Part shown: positions 43,790-61,189 of the stretch, one piece after another
Numbering within the stretch: the stretch's first letter is position 1
Layout of the letters: every line of letters starts with the position of its first letter
Source of the DNA: the human T2T-CHM13v2.0 reference genome, Homo sapiens
Length of the DNA stretch: 64,000 nucleotides
Reading direction: 5' to 3' (one strand)
NCBI RefSeq assembly: GCF_009914755.1
Contig: NC_060930.1
Position numbers and translations under genes: made by a program
Notes under the pieces: model-generated
Told to the model about the DNA's origin: nothing
The model's database searches: none
What the model saw: only the letters and a program-made list of their open reading frames with translations

Positions 43790-44160
43790 CTGATTATCAA
43801 ACATTTATTCAATACCTTATATGTGCTGTAAAATAGGGCTGTAAATTTGAATCGATCACAGGCTTTGCTGTCAAGAACTTTGCAAATCAGTAGGAGGAGT
43901 AAAGGAAGTGGATTTTTGCAGAAGTGAAGGAGAAGAAGAGAGACTTCATTCTAGGGAAGATATAATATATGAATGACAGCAGAGAAAATATGAATGTATA
44001 TGGCTTGTTTATGACACAATCACTAAGACTAGTTGATTAGAGCAAACGACTGGTTAAGAAAATATTGAAAAATGCTTATAAAAGTAGATAGACATAAATT
44101 ACATAAACACCTGAATGCCATAAAAAGGATACTGGATTTGGCTATATTCACAAAATGGTG
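43790..44160 (-). mobile_element. L2 fragment
   Basis: caaacatttattcaataccttatatgtgc is the antisense L2 3' end. Confidence 0.55.
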
Positions 44161-44740
44161 GACATAAAATTGAATGAGAAGTTGTTATGCCAAACAATAA
44201 CAAAAGTAGCAAAAGCTAAAATTAATTATATGCTTACCAAGTATTTTACATGAATTGGTTCATTTAGTCTTAAGAAAAACACATGAAAGATGCTACTCAA
44301 TTCTCTTTCCCCTTAAATTCACCCTCTTGACAGTGCTCCATTTACTGGTTTCCTCATTTATATTAGTGAATTTCATTTTTAAACAATTACCAAATTATAG
44401 TGAAGTCAGGACCACTTTACAAGAAATTGATCTTTATGCCTAATTATACATAATTGATTTTAGTTAAATATCCCAAATTACTGTTTCTACTTGGAAGGGC
44501 CCTGTTTAGAATCACTGAAGAGTTGCTTGTTTCACTGAAAACACAGAAAAGTTCTTAAAATTAAAAAGAAAAAGAGAGAGAGAAAGCCACATTGACATTT
44601 GCTATTCTGTGTTGGTGGTGTCGCTTTTTTCAGATGAACTCTCTCACTGAAAACTACAAAAATTCTGTATAAAAACACACAGAAATCTGCACAAAGTCCT
44701 TTAAGAACGAACAAAACCAGGCAAAAATAGAATGCATGAG

Positions 44741-44986
44741 TAAACTCAGAAATTTATCCAACGAAATTATCTAATCTGTAGAATAGTGAGAGGACCACAA
44801 ATGGTTGAACTAAAATGAATAGAGCCTCAGTGACCAGTAGGAGAATTCTTAATCTACCATACCATAAACTCAGAAATTTATCCAACGAAATTATCTAATC
44901 TGTAGAATAGTGAGAGGACCACAAATGGTTGAACTAAAATGAATAGAGCCTCAGTGACCAGTAGGAGAATTCTTAATCTACCATAC
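44741..44986. repeat. Perfect 122-bp tandem duplication
   Basis: 44741-44862 is identical to 44865-44986, with a 2-nt spacer ca. Confidence 0.97.
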
Positions 44987-45059
44987 GTGTAACTGTAGAA
45001 GGAAAGGAAGGAGACATTTTGGCAAATAACTCCTTGGCATATATTTGGCAAATATCAAA

Positions 45060-46090
<1,031 letters not shown>

Positions 46091-46419
46091 AGAGTGAGTG
46101 AGCCATATTGGCTTTCAATGACTACAGGATATTACGGGCCTTATATAAATATACACAGATACTACCATATTATTAAATATTTCATTGACATTTTCATGAA
46201 TAAACCAGAGAAGCAACATATTATATTGATTTTAGATCAAATCACTGGAGTCAAATAATTCCAAATTATACTTATATTTCTGCCATTTCCTCAAATGGTA
46301 AAATAGAGATGAGATTATCTATTTTATTTACTACTTTATGGACTTTCTGATAAGAAGAAAGGTGCATATTAAATAGTAGTTAAAAATAACCAAAGGACAT
46401 TAAATTAGTATACCAAAGG

Positions 46420-47050
46420 GATAGCTGAACCCCCATATTTATTATAGCATTATTCATAATAGTCAATATATGGAATCAACCTAGATGTCCATCAAGAGAT
46501 GCCTGGATAAAGAAAATGTGGTCTATATACACAATGGTATACTATTCGGTCATAAAAAGAATGGAATCCTGTCATTCCTGGCAACATGGATAAACCTGTA
46601 GGATATTATATTAAGCGAAATAGGTCAGGCACAGAAAGATAAATACTGCATGTTCTCACTCATATGGGAGAACTAAATAAAATTTGAGCTCATGGAAGTA
46701 GTGAGTAGAATTGTGAGTATTAGATGCTGGGAAGGGTAGGGAGAAGGAGGATAGGGACAGTTTGGTTACTGGATACAAAATTATAGCTAGATAGAAGGAA
46801 TGGTTTATGGTGTTCTACAACATTGTAAGGTGAATGTGGTTAACCGTAATTTATTATATATTTTCAAAAAGCTAGAAGGGAGTATTCTGAATGTTCACAA
46901 CACAAAGAAATGATAAATGCTTGAAGTGATGGATAAGTTAATTACTCTGATTTGATCCTTACATATTGTACAGATATATCAAAATATCACTCTGTATCTT
47001 ATAAATATAATTATTAAGTGTCAACCAAAAAAAGCAAAAGGAAAAAATAA
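46420..47050 (+). mobile_element. L1MA 3' end
   Basis: tggaatcaacctagatgtccatc; aaagaaatgataaatgcttgaagtgatgga; A-rich tail. Confidence 0.85.
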
Positions 47051-47300
47051 GTATTCTATACATTGAACAACAATAAAAAGACATTCAAATTGGCATATAT
47101 GTATATCTGTTTAATAATTTTAGCTAAATTTATGCTTTATTAAGCATTCAGCTCTTTTCATTTTATAATCAATTTACACTCTCATTTCTCAATACAAGCA
47201 ATAAAGTTTCATTAGCATCCTGAGATCTCATAATTATCAATAATTACTATTTATTAAGTATAGTATACACTACCTTGTTGGCAGACACAAACTATTTTGA

Positions 47301-47645
<345 letters not shown>

Positions 47646-49466
47646 AATTTTGAGACAATTTATAGTAGGGTGGAGAACACTTGGAAATAATGTTTTGCCA
47701 ATAAATCTATGGAGGATTCATCACAATGGAAGAAATTAATTGGAAGATTCAGAGGAAGACTCAGTTCTTTATCTGGATGGAATACGGTAGCAAAGGAAAT
47801 TTTTCATGTTAGTAATTGATACAGAGCCTTTGCTTTTAAATGTTGTGTTATTGTGGATTATGCTGTGTTTGGAAATAACAGTCACCATCAATGCTAATAA
47901 TTATCATAGTGACTAGAGAAACAAGAAGAAAAAATGCTACAAAATAAAGTTTGACAATGTAAAACTAATAGCAACCTAGAATAAGCTTATATAAACACCT
48001 GCCTATTCAATGCCTTAAAAATTATTTACATTATTAAATGTGTTAAACATTTGCCATAAATTATCATTCCAAATTTTATAAATACTAAGCTTTAACATTG
48101 ACTATACATGTGTGCTTATCAGCTCATGTGACTCCATTATTTTTTAAAATTCCACTTATGAGAGCAAGGACTAGTTCAATTCTCTGCATGGCAGGGGGTT
48201 AGAGATAGGGTTAAATTGACAGAGATTAATTTTCCAAACTCTATCAGAATTGAGTCTCAAAATAGGATTAAAGTTCAATTATTAAAAATGAAGAAAGTTA
48301 TATCTGATTTAGCTCCTGCCTGCTTTTCTTTCCATGAGCAAAATTCTATTCTTCACAAATTCTACCCACTGGTGAGGATTACTCAAATGGAGAAATATGT
48401 ACTTTACATTGGAAAATATTCTGTCTACCCTCTGATCTAAACTGCTAACTAAATGTCTTACACTATTCTCTACTAGTCAGATTGGATCTCTTGTTATCTG
48501 TCCAAAATGGTAGCTGAAGTTACCATCATTGAATGCCATTGCAAAACCTTTTTAACATCACTCATCTTGGATTCAAACATCCCAGCATCCTTACAAATAA
48601 ACTTTCCTATCTTGAAACTAAATGTTTATGGTAGCTTTAATTTAGTGAAACTAAAAACAGTTTATTTTCTGACAATCACCTGTTTCTACATCAAATTCAC
48701 ACTTGAAAATGTGTCATTAACTAATAATGTATAGCATAATAATTTTAACATTTCCTGGCATTAATCAAAAATACACATTTAAAAATTTAGCAATAAATCT
48801 TATAGTTATAAAATTTGAATAAATCACTTTCTAATGGATGCATAAATCTTACATAACATTTCAAATTTGGGATTACAATTAAGAATACATTTTCATGTGG
48901 TTTTATATTATATTTTAATTCTTAATTTTACTTTTATAATGTTTGAAATTGAAGTTTGACCTTATGGCTAATGATTCTTATTTGTACTCTATTTCACAAT
49001 ATGTGAAATATCTGAAAAATCAAGAATTTGTTTTTCTAAGGGCTCTTAAGTTTTGAAATATGATTGGCATGCTCTACACCATATTTATTTGCAGCCTTAA
49101 TGTAAATTTGCATTAAATGTCAGTTATTAAACTGCTTTAGGTATGACAATTATAATATTCCAAATGATATGAATTCCAAAATTCTGTTTGGAAGGCAATT
49201 CAAGAGCAATGAGAACTTGACATAATGGCTAATTTTATAATAATCACTGGTTGATACGGCATTAGGAATATTAATTTTCTATGGTTTTACTATGGCTCAT
49301 TAGAACATAATATTGATTATGAATCCAGACTCATATTTCAAATAATATATATTAATATGCACAGTTGATCATGGTAGAAAAATGTACATATATTGGTTTC
49401 TGAAGAGTTTTGAAGAAACCCATAATAAAATATTAGAAAATATGTATCAAATAAAGAGATAGATGG

Positions 49467-49822
49467 TGTATTAGTTCATTTTCATGCTGCTGATTAAGAC
49501 ATACCTGAGAATGGGCAATTTGCAAAAGAAAGAAGTTTAACGGACCTACAGTTCCACGTGGCTGGGGAAGCCTCACAATCCTGGTGGAAGGCAAGGAGGA
49601 GCAAGTCACATCTTACATGGATGGCAGCAAGCAAAGACAGAGAGCTTGTGCAGAGGAACTCCTTTTTTTAAAACCATCGGCTCTCGTGAGACTTATTCAC
49701 TATCATGAGAACAGCATGGGAAAGATGTGCCCCCATGATTCAATTACTTCCTACCGGCTCCCTCCCACAACACGTGGGAATTCAAGATGAGATTTGGGTG
49801 GGGACACAGTCAAGCCATATCC
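49467..49822 (-). mobile_element. THE1 (THE1B-like) solo LTR
   Basis: tgtattagttcattttcatgctgctgat...gagatttgggtggggacacag..ccatatc; perfect 5-bp TSD gatgg at 49462-49466 and 49823-49827. Confidence 0.93.
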
Positions 49823-50586
49823 GATGGATAGATATAGACATATTTTATACATCTTTTAAATGTGATGCTTCCTGTACACATTTGGCACAGGCTGTACATC
49901 TCAAAATATTTCAAAAAAAAAAAACCCTATTATAGTTACCAAACCTTTATAGGGTAATCATTCTAGTTTGCTCAAGATAGCACCAGTTTATGCTCATGGG
50001 GTAGAAGACAGAATATTGCTGAAGTATCTCAGTTCTCTCCAAATATTAAAATGCCATTTGTCCTGGATGTTTTAACCAAGTACTATTATTTATGGTTGCA
50101 CTAAAACAAATAGGGATGAGTTTGATAAATCACCACTTGGTATTTTATATTCTGCCATCATCTTTTCCAGAAGTGTGAGATATAGAGTTATACATAAGCA
50201 GAAAATTATTTTTAACATGAGGATAATATGGTAATATAACCAGTAATAACACACCTCTCTTTTTCAATGCTTTCCAGATGCAGATTTTATTGTATCAATC
50301 ATTCAAAGACAGCTTGTTGGACTTTGAAGACCCAAGCAGACAAAAGTAGGTAATTCCTCCTTATTTCAGTTGGTATGCAGAGAAGCTACTAATAATGCTA
50401 CTCTTCCAGCACAATGTTTCCAGGCTGCCAGTGAGCTTGGTCAGTAGGAACGACAGGAAATTATGAGTTATGTCTATGTTATATGTGAGAGGAAAATTGA
50501 GGCTACTAGTTTTGTCATAGGGTTTATAGATATTTGTCTGTATGTTCTTGCTATAGAGGTTTGGTCAATTATTGTGTGGTACAAAA

Positions 50587-50805
50587 CAGTGGTCAGTAAA
50601 CTATAGCTGTGAGCTGAATAAGGCCTTCCACCTATTTTTGTAAACAAAGTTTTATTGATATAGTGAAATCCACACATTTATGTTTGTCTATGGCTGCTTT
50701 CATGCTGCAATAGCAGAGTTGAATCATTGTGATAGAGACCATATGGATCAAGAAGTCTAAAATATTTACTATCTAACTCTTTACAGAAAAATTTGCCAGC
50801 CCTTG
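50587..50805 (+). mobile_element. MER58A hAT-Charlie MITE
   Basis: cagtggtcagtaaacta...ctctttacagaaaaatttgccagcccttg; 8-bp TSD gtacaaaa / gtataaat (6/8). Confidence 0.88.
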
Positions 50806-51297
50806 GTATAAATCTACAACTATTTACATATTTTACTATGCACTGATGAACATTTCTTATTCTACAATAAATACTTACTTTTTAATAAAACTATGTTTCA
50901 AATTTGTTTCCCTAGAAAATCAATGATGAATATGTAGTTGCCCCTAAACTGTGCCACTATTAATGATCCACTGTAGGATATTAGTGACATTACTGACTGT
51001 ATACAAACCAGAATGCATACATTAATTGAGCAATCATCAGCATCTACTTTTAAAAATGTTAGTAAATATTTTAGAAGACTGTCTTCTGATGATGAGCTAG
51101 GTGCATAAGCAGAAGGTCTTCTTACATATCACTCTGTGAAGCACGTCTTTTCATTTAGATCAAATGACTGTCCCAAAATTATTTTTCTCATTTTTTATTG
51201 CAAGTTCCTCTGTGCATACAAAAAGTAAAGTGATAGTTGTCAAAGTGTCAGCTCAGCTAGTAGACAACTTCACTTACAGTTAAAAAATGCCAGCTTT

Positions 51298-51591
51298 GGC
51301 TGTGCGTGGTGGCTCACTCCTGTAATTCCAGCACTTTGGGAGGCCAAGGCAAGTGGATCGCTGGAGGACAAAAGTTTGGGACCAGCCTGGCCAACATGGC
51401 GAAATCCCGTCACTACTAAAAATACAAAACTTAGCCGGCTGTGGTGGCATGCACCTATAATTCAAGCTACTTGGGAGCGTAAGACAGGCAACTCACTGGA
51501 GCTTTGGAGGCGGAGGTTGCAGTGAGCCGAGATTCACCACTGCACTCCAACCTGGGTGAAACAGTGAGACTGCCTCAAACAAAAAAAAAAA
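51298..51591 (+). mobile_element. AluS
   Basis: Dimeric Alu; degenerate TSD aaaaaatgccagc / aaaaaatgtgagc. Confidence 0.9.
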
Positions 51592-52645
51592 TGTGAGCCA
51601 TATTAATAAAAGCAGAAACTTCAAACTGATAATCAGTTAATTCCAACAATGGTTTTCTTTTTCCCTCCAATTCATTAAATTAAAATAAAGTTTTGCAAGT
51701 TTATTCTGTCAAAGGCAGGACATCTGACAATATTGGTAGTGCCATTGGGAATTTGTGAATTTAGCAAACAATATTCAAAAATAAAGTTATTGGTTCCTGT
51801 GGTGAAATTTTAAATACACATTTTGTTAAGTATGTGGCATAATACATTGTTTTGATCAAATATAGAAAAATGTGGAGCAGAAAATATAGGAAATGTATTG
51901 TGGTTCACACATAGTTCATATTTTGTTTCAAATCAGTCATGATATTCACACAACTAAAATAAAAACTGTAGTTGCAAAATTCACAAATAATTTTAAATAC
52001 TTATAGAGTAATGGAACTAATTTGTTGTGACAAAACTATTATTGAAAAAATTGTAACATGGCATAATGTGCTTTTTTTCTTGCTTCTTTTCATCAACATT
52101 CAAAGTTTAGAAATGTTTAAGTCTCTAAAGAATGACTTTGAAAATGAATCTAAGGGTGCAGGGAAGCTTTGACATTTTGGTAACAGAATGCTCTAGCTGC
52201 ATCTTGCTCAAAATCAGTTTCAAAAATTTGATTAAACAGCTAAAAAAATTTAAGTACCAAAGAAATCAGTTTTTGAACATTACAGTAAGTTGCATTTTTT
52301 AGATAAAGCATTGAAGTTTATTCCTCCATGATTCAAGAAAGACACTTAGCAAATTTAATAAGACTTCAAAAGTATCTAAGATTTTAAATATTATAACAGT
52401 GCTTTGGAATAGCTGGGCTTGTGGGAAGCATTTGAGGGGGCTCCTAAATTTCAAGGATAAACTTACATACTAGAGCATAATGGAAATAAATTGAGAGAGT
52501 CAACAACTTTGCAGTATCTAAATTTAGCCAAACGTTCTAAAGAATAATAAATAGAAATCATTTACTTCATGAATATCTTGGAAAATGTTATCTAACAAAC
52601 TGATTTTGAATAAGTAAAATATAGAACTCCTACAAAAATATTTTA

Positions 52646-55910
<3,265 letters not shown>

Positions 55911-56368
55911 TATATTTCATCTGCATATTTTATATCAAAAAAAGATGTAATAATATCTTCCTTTAGCAGACTTTTTTTAAAGAAATTAACAGAAACCTCA
56001 ACATGTGTTCAGTGAAAATGTCCATAATTTAAAATGTAATGGTTAAGAAGTGTCAAATAAACACATGAACAATTTCAAATTCATTGGTCATAAATGCAAG
56101 TCTGAAGAAAGATGTAAGTAATTTTATGGTGAAAAGCATGTGAACTGTTGTTCAGACTCTTCTTATGCTATAAAACATTTAGCAGTAATATGATTTAATT
56201 GTATTAACCAAATTGATTTATTAAACTTTACCATAAAAGAGTTCAGTATATATACCTTCTGAAATTGTATTTTTCAATAATAAAGGAAATATTTCACATT
56301 TAATTTGAAATACATAGATAAAATTAAAGTTACTTGTGTATATGGTTGTATACATATGCATTTTTTAC

Positions 56369-56482
56369 CTGAAAATTGCTCATCACATTCACAAATGAAA
56401 CTATTTGAAGTAATATTGCTGCAGTTTCCATGGAAACAGACATGTGGTTGACACTGGCCAATTATTTCTGAGCAATTCTTTC
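56369..56482 (-). CDS. EYS: EYS next coding exon (114 nt, phase 1-1), end of EGF-like 2 and most of EGF-like 3
   Basis: Acceptor tttttttcattgttatag|GAAAG and donor TTTTCAG|gtaaaa. It translates in frame with the previous exon as (G)KNCSEIIGQCQPHVCFHGNCSNITSNSFICECDEQFS(G). Absent from the ORF track. Confidence 0.96.
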
Positions 56483-57040
56483 CTATAACAATGAAAAAAA
56501 GTTTTTTTTACATTGGATATCAATATTATAACCATCAGTTTTCCCTCAATTCTTTAATAATGAAAATATCAAATTCTGACTAATGTAATTTCAGTTATGA
56601 AACCATGTTATACGATGATGCATTTAAATTGAAATAAAAATTAATTTTGATACTTTACATAAGTTTTTCATCTTCTGACCCCAGACTATAATATCCAAAT
56701 ATTTTTTCTGGCTTGTAGTATTTGAGCTTTATTTAATTTACATAATATTTTAAAATTTTAATTGTATTTTCATGATAGATAATATTCATATATTTAAGTA
56801 CCAGTTTTTCAACATACATTGATAGTATTGCAGTGATAATTTACAAAATGACACATTCAAATGTGTACTGTTTCTCAGACTTACCCCCTAGCCAAGGGAA
56901 CAATTCAAAAGCAGAAATGGCTGCCTGGATTCTCAGAATATGTGCACAAACTTCCAAATTCAACACTTCTTTGCACTTGCTGGCATATCAAATTTTCCAA
57001 ATCTCACTTACACATACTATTGTGGTCCCACTATATCAGT

Positions 57041-57042
<2 letters not shown>

Positions 57043-57081
<39 letters not shown>
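57043..57081. repeat. (CA)n microsatellite
   Basis: Pure CA run of about 19 units. Confidence 0.95.
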
Positions 57082-57083
<2 letters not shown>

Positions 57084-57491
57084 CCTTCCATAACATACTC
57101 ATTCTATGCATATTTAATCATCTTATAATACCTTAGTAGAGGAATGTGCCTTGAAAATCCCAGGGCATAGCAAGTGGACAAATGCTGTTACAAACCAACT
57201 GCATGTAATTTGGCAATATGTTTTTTTCCCCAGTTTAATTAAGCTCTTAATTTAATTTATGAGCAGTTTTTGCCATTATCATTGATGTCTTTCAAATTCC
57301 TTATATACTGACATCCCTGCCTCACTAATGCAGAACTTTTTTCTTCATTTGCCTCCAAGCAACCCTAAATGTAATGAAAATATAAATAATGAAAATATAA
57401 ATAAAAATCATTGTGTTTCAAAAGGTTCTCCAAACATAAAAATTAAATTAACAGTATAATGCCAATAGGCCACACCCTAATTAAAACTTAG

Positions 57492-57885
57492 TGAGTTTTA
57501 TGAGCTAAATTGTGCCCACCCACCGCCGCCAAATTCATATGTTGAAGTCCTATCCCTCAGCATCACAGAGTATCTATATTTGGAGATAATATCTTTAGAG
57601 AAGTACGCAATTAAGGTTAAATAAGGTCAGTAGGGTGCGTCCTAATCCAATGTGACTGGTGTGCTTTCAAGAGGAGAACATTTACACACAGATACATACA
57701 GAGAAATGACAATGTAAAGACACAGGGAGAAGACAGCAGTCTATGGACCAAGCAAATAGATCTCAGAAGAAACCATATCTGCCAATCTTTGACTTTTGGC
57801 ATCTAAAACTGTGAGAAAATAAGTTTCTGTTTAAGCCATCCAGTCTATGGTACTTTGTTATGACAGCTCTAGCAAATTAATGCAG
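57492..57885 (+). mobile_element. MaLR solo LTR (MLT1B-like)
   Basis: aaattcatatgttgaagtccta, cctaatccaatgtgactggt and aagccatccagtctatggtactttgtta. Confidence 0.82.
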
Positions 57886-58069
57886 TAAGCATTCTCAATT
57901 GTTTTGACAATTCTACATATTTCATTATCTTCTTCGATTTTTAAAATTGAAGTAATTATTTATAATTAAAGTGGCAAATGGAGTATTCTTAATGTTATAA
58001 AAATAAGTAAGCATTATTTAGGTATTTTATAGTGCTCAAAGCTTAACGATTTAAAGCACCTATGGCTGT

Positions 58070-58197
58070 AAGAAAGAGAAAGAGAGAGAAAGAAAGAAGA
58101 AAGAAAGAAACAAACAAACAAACAAAGAGAAAGAAAGAAAGAGAGAAAGGAAGGAAGGAAGCAAAGAAGGAAAGAAGGAAGGAAGGAAGGAAGGAAA
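58070..58197. repeat. (GAAA/GGAA)n purine-rich tract
   Basis: Seen directly. Confidence 0.9.
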
Positions 58198-58689
58198 TTG
58201 AGTAGGAAGCAAACCATTCTATGCAGTTATAATAAAACCACTAAAATAATATCCCATAAACTATGAATGCATACACGCAAATTAATATTCTGACACATGG
58301 TAGAAATTTTCTGGCCAAATGTTCTTTAAAACTCTTTGGACAGGTGAAAATGGATGCTTTAAAGACTGTCTATTAAATTGCTTTATCATTCACTCCAAAT
58401 CAGCAGTTTGAGTGTTTTCACATTTCCTCTAGTCTGCCTTAACTTTAATCACCTGATATACCCCAGCGGAAAGAAGAGGTATAACTTGCACCTTCTATCA
58501 CCAATGCCAACACAGTCAAATGAGAATTTGATCCACGTTATAGAGACAATATATTCAGTGGCTATTATTGGTATTAACTTCTATAATGATCTTGGTACTA
58601 AGCTATCAAGTTCAAAATGACTATTTGAAAGATTGGATGAGGTGAATTTTACAGCCTACAATGGCTTATTGAGGTCTTCTATTACATCT

Positions 58690-58995
58690 TTTTATTTTAT
58701 CTTATTTTATTTTTTGAGACAGTCTCCCTTCATCGCCCAGGCTGGAGTGCAATGGCGCGATCTCAGCTCACTACAAACTCTACCTCCTGGTTCAAGGGAT
58801 TCTTCCGCCTCAGCCTCCCGAGTAGCTGGGATTACAGGCACCCGCCATTATGCCCAGCTAATTTTTGTATTTTTGTAGAGACGGGGTTTCACCATGTTGG
58901 CCAGGCTGGTCTTGAACTCCTTACCTCAGGTGATCCGCCTGCCTCGGCCTCCCAAAGTGCTGGGATTATAGGCATGAGCCGCCTCCAAGTCGGCT
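58690..58995 (-). mobile_element. AluSx-like element
   Basis: Antisense Alu with acctcaggtgatccgcc. Confidence 0.92.
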
Positions 58996-60018
58996 CCCAT
59001 TACATGTTATCACACAGCCTCTTTAAACTTGGCTCCAATGGAGTCAGCCTCAGGCACAGGGGAGAAGGAATCCCCCTAAAGCCTGCCTAACAAAATTACA
59101 GTTAAATCCCTGCAGGTGATCTGCTCTAGATATAGCTCTGCTTTAACCTTCCTTCCTCTTTTATGACCAAAATACATACCAATCTGCTGTTTTCGTATAC
59201 TATTATTATCAGCTGTGTCAAATATTTCTCTTTGTTAGATCATCGTGGTCTTATTTCACTTGTAACTCTCCATGCCAGGTCTGTCAAACCCTCAAATAAA
59301 TTCTTCCACAAGTTTCCAAGCTTTAAATGTTCCCTACATTTTTTCAGTCTTTCTCCTCACTTTCCTCCGATGACCCCAGAATCCTCTAGTATATTCTCAA
59401 GTAGAGAGAGTTTTATTCCCTTCAAACTTCACGTTAGCCTCAGGCAGCATCATTTACATTTTTTTTTAGATTGCCTTTCCTCTGGCTTAATTACTCACCA
59501 AACATCTTTTTACAACCTTTTCTGATTATTGCCTTTTATTGAGCTTATTACAACCGTTATTAATTATAACATCTTCTTTCCATCCTTGTCACTATCAGTT
59601 ATAAATCACCATTTGGATGCCACACCAACATCCATTTAAAACATTGCTCTTGGCTCACAATTATCTGTTCCTCTCCAATCCTGCCAAGCAGCTTCAATCA
59701 CTTCCCTTCAACCATAGTTCCCTAACTTCCTCTACTGAGATGCATAATTTATTTTCAAGTTATCACCTATCTAAATACCATAATCTTGGGAATTCATTCA
59801 GTGACTAAAAGCTTTTATATTATTCTGATAATCTTATGTTTTAATGTATGAGACGTTAAGAATGGATGTTGGGAAAGATGTAAATATAGATATTTCACTA
59901 TTAAACATGTTTCTAAGAGCCCTCCTTCAGTTAAGCAAAAAGCTTATTTTGGAGGATCCCTGATAGGATTTGTATATGTCCAGAATCTATATCCAGCCAA
60001 ATCCAAGGAATCTATTAA

Positions 60019-60351
<333 letters not shown>

Positions 60352-60441
60352 ATTTAAAATGTACTTTGATTTCTGTTAACAGTTTATAAATGCACTGTGT
60401 TTCTCTATTTTAATAAAATTATATATTTTAAACAATCTTAC

Positions 60442-61189
60442 CTGTAAATGGTGGGTGACAGACACATTCATATGCTTGCTCATCCCAATTTTCTCTTTTA
60501 TTAATGCAACTGCCATTATTTTTACATGGTTTAAAAGAACATGCATCAAGTTCCTGGCAGTATTTTCCAGAAAATGGAGGCTGGCAATGGCAGCTATATG
60601 TCTTGCTCCAAGCTTCACTAAGACATTTACCATGACCAGAGCAAAATTCTGAACTCAGAGATTCCTGGCAGAACTGCTGTTTCACTGTCACATTTAGTCG
60701 AAGTCCCAGTGGACAAGGTGATGGACCACTTGCCATAACTGTGATAAAATAATGTGTCCCAACACTCAGCCACTTAGAATTAACAGTGTGCATTCCTTTT
60801 AGTCTGCAGCCAAAAAGTAACTGATCTTCCGTTGTGGTATTTTGCACACAGCCAACGAAAGATGTTTCAGAAACATTCATCAAATTTATTTCTGGAAATT
60901 GAAGAGATGGTTCAGAAGAAATTACAAGGATATCTCCTAATTGAATTTGCAAAGGGCAAATCTGGGGAACAGCTTGATTGCCTGAAGTATCTATTTTAGT
61001 GTTTACACCCAAAAACCAGCAATCTCTGTAGAAGTCCAAGCAGATGTTTTCTGTTAGTGTCCAATTTACCACATATGATGAGGGTTGTGGATGCCATTCT
61101 TCCACCAATTGCCGTCTACATGTTTTTCCATTTATGAAAGAGCTGTGAAAAACCATCAGGCTCAGAATGACGATTGATTTGTCAGTCAT
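60442..61189 (-). CDS. EYS: EYS first coding exon, coding part (748 nt): signal peptide, N-terminal region, EGF-like 1 and most of EGF-like 2
   Basis: ORF MTDKSIVILSLMVFHSSFING...CVCHPPFTG is recognisable as the human EYS N-terminus. Kozak context gaaaATGA. Donor ACAG|GTAAGA at 60442/60441, phase 1. The ORF track's last residues KIV* are intronic read-through. Confidence 0.97.

Noticed and set aside
60376-60652. Alternative-frame and antisense ORFs over the EYS exon
   Set aside because: Shadows of the real CDS with no independent signals.
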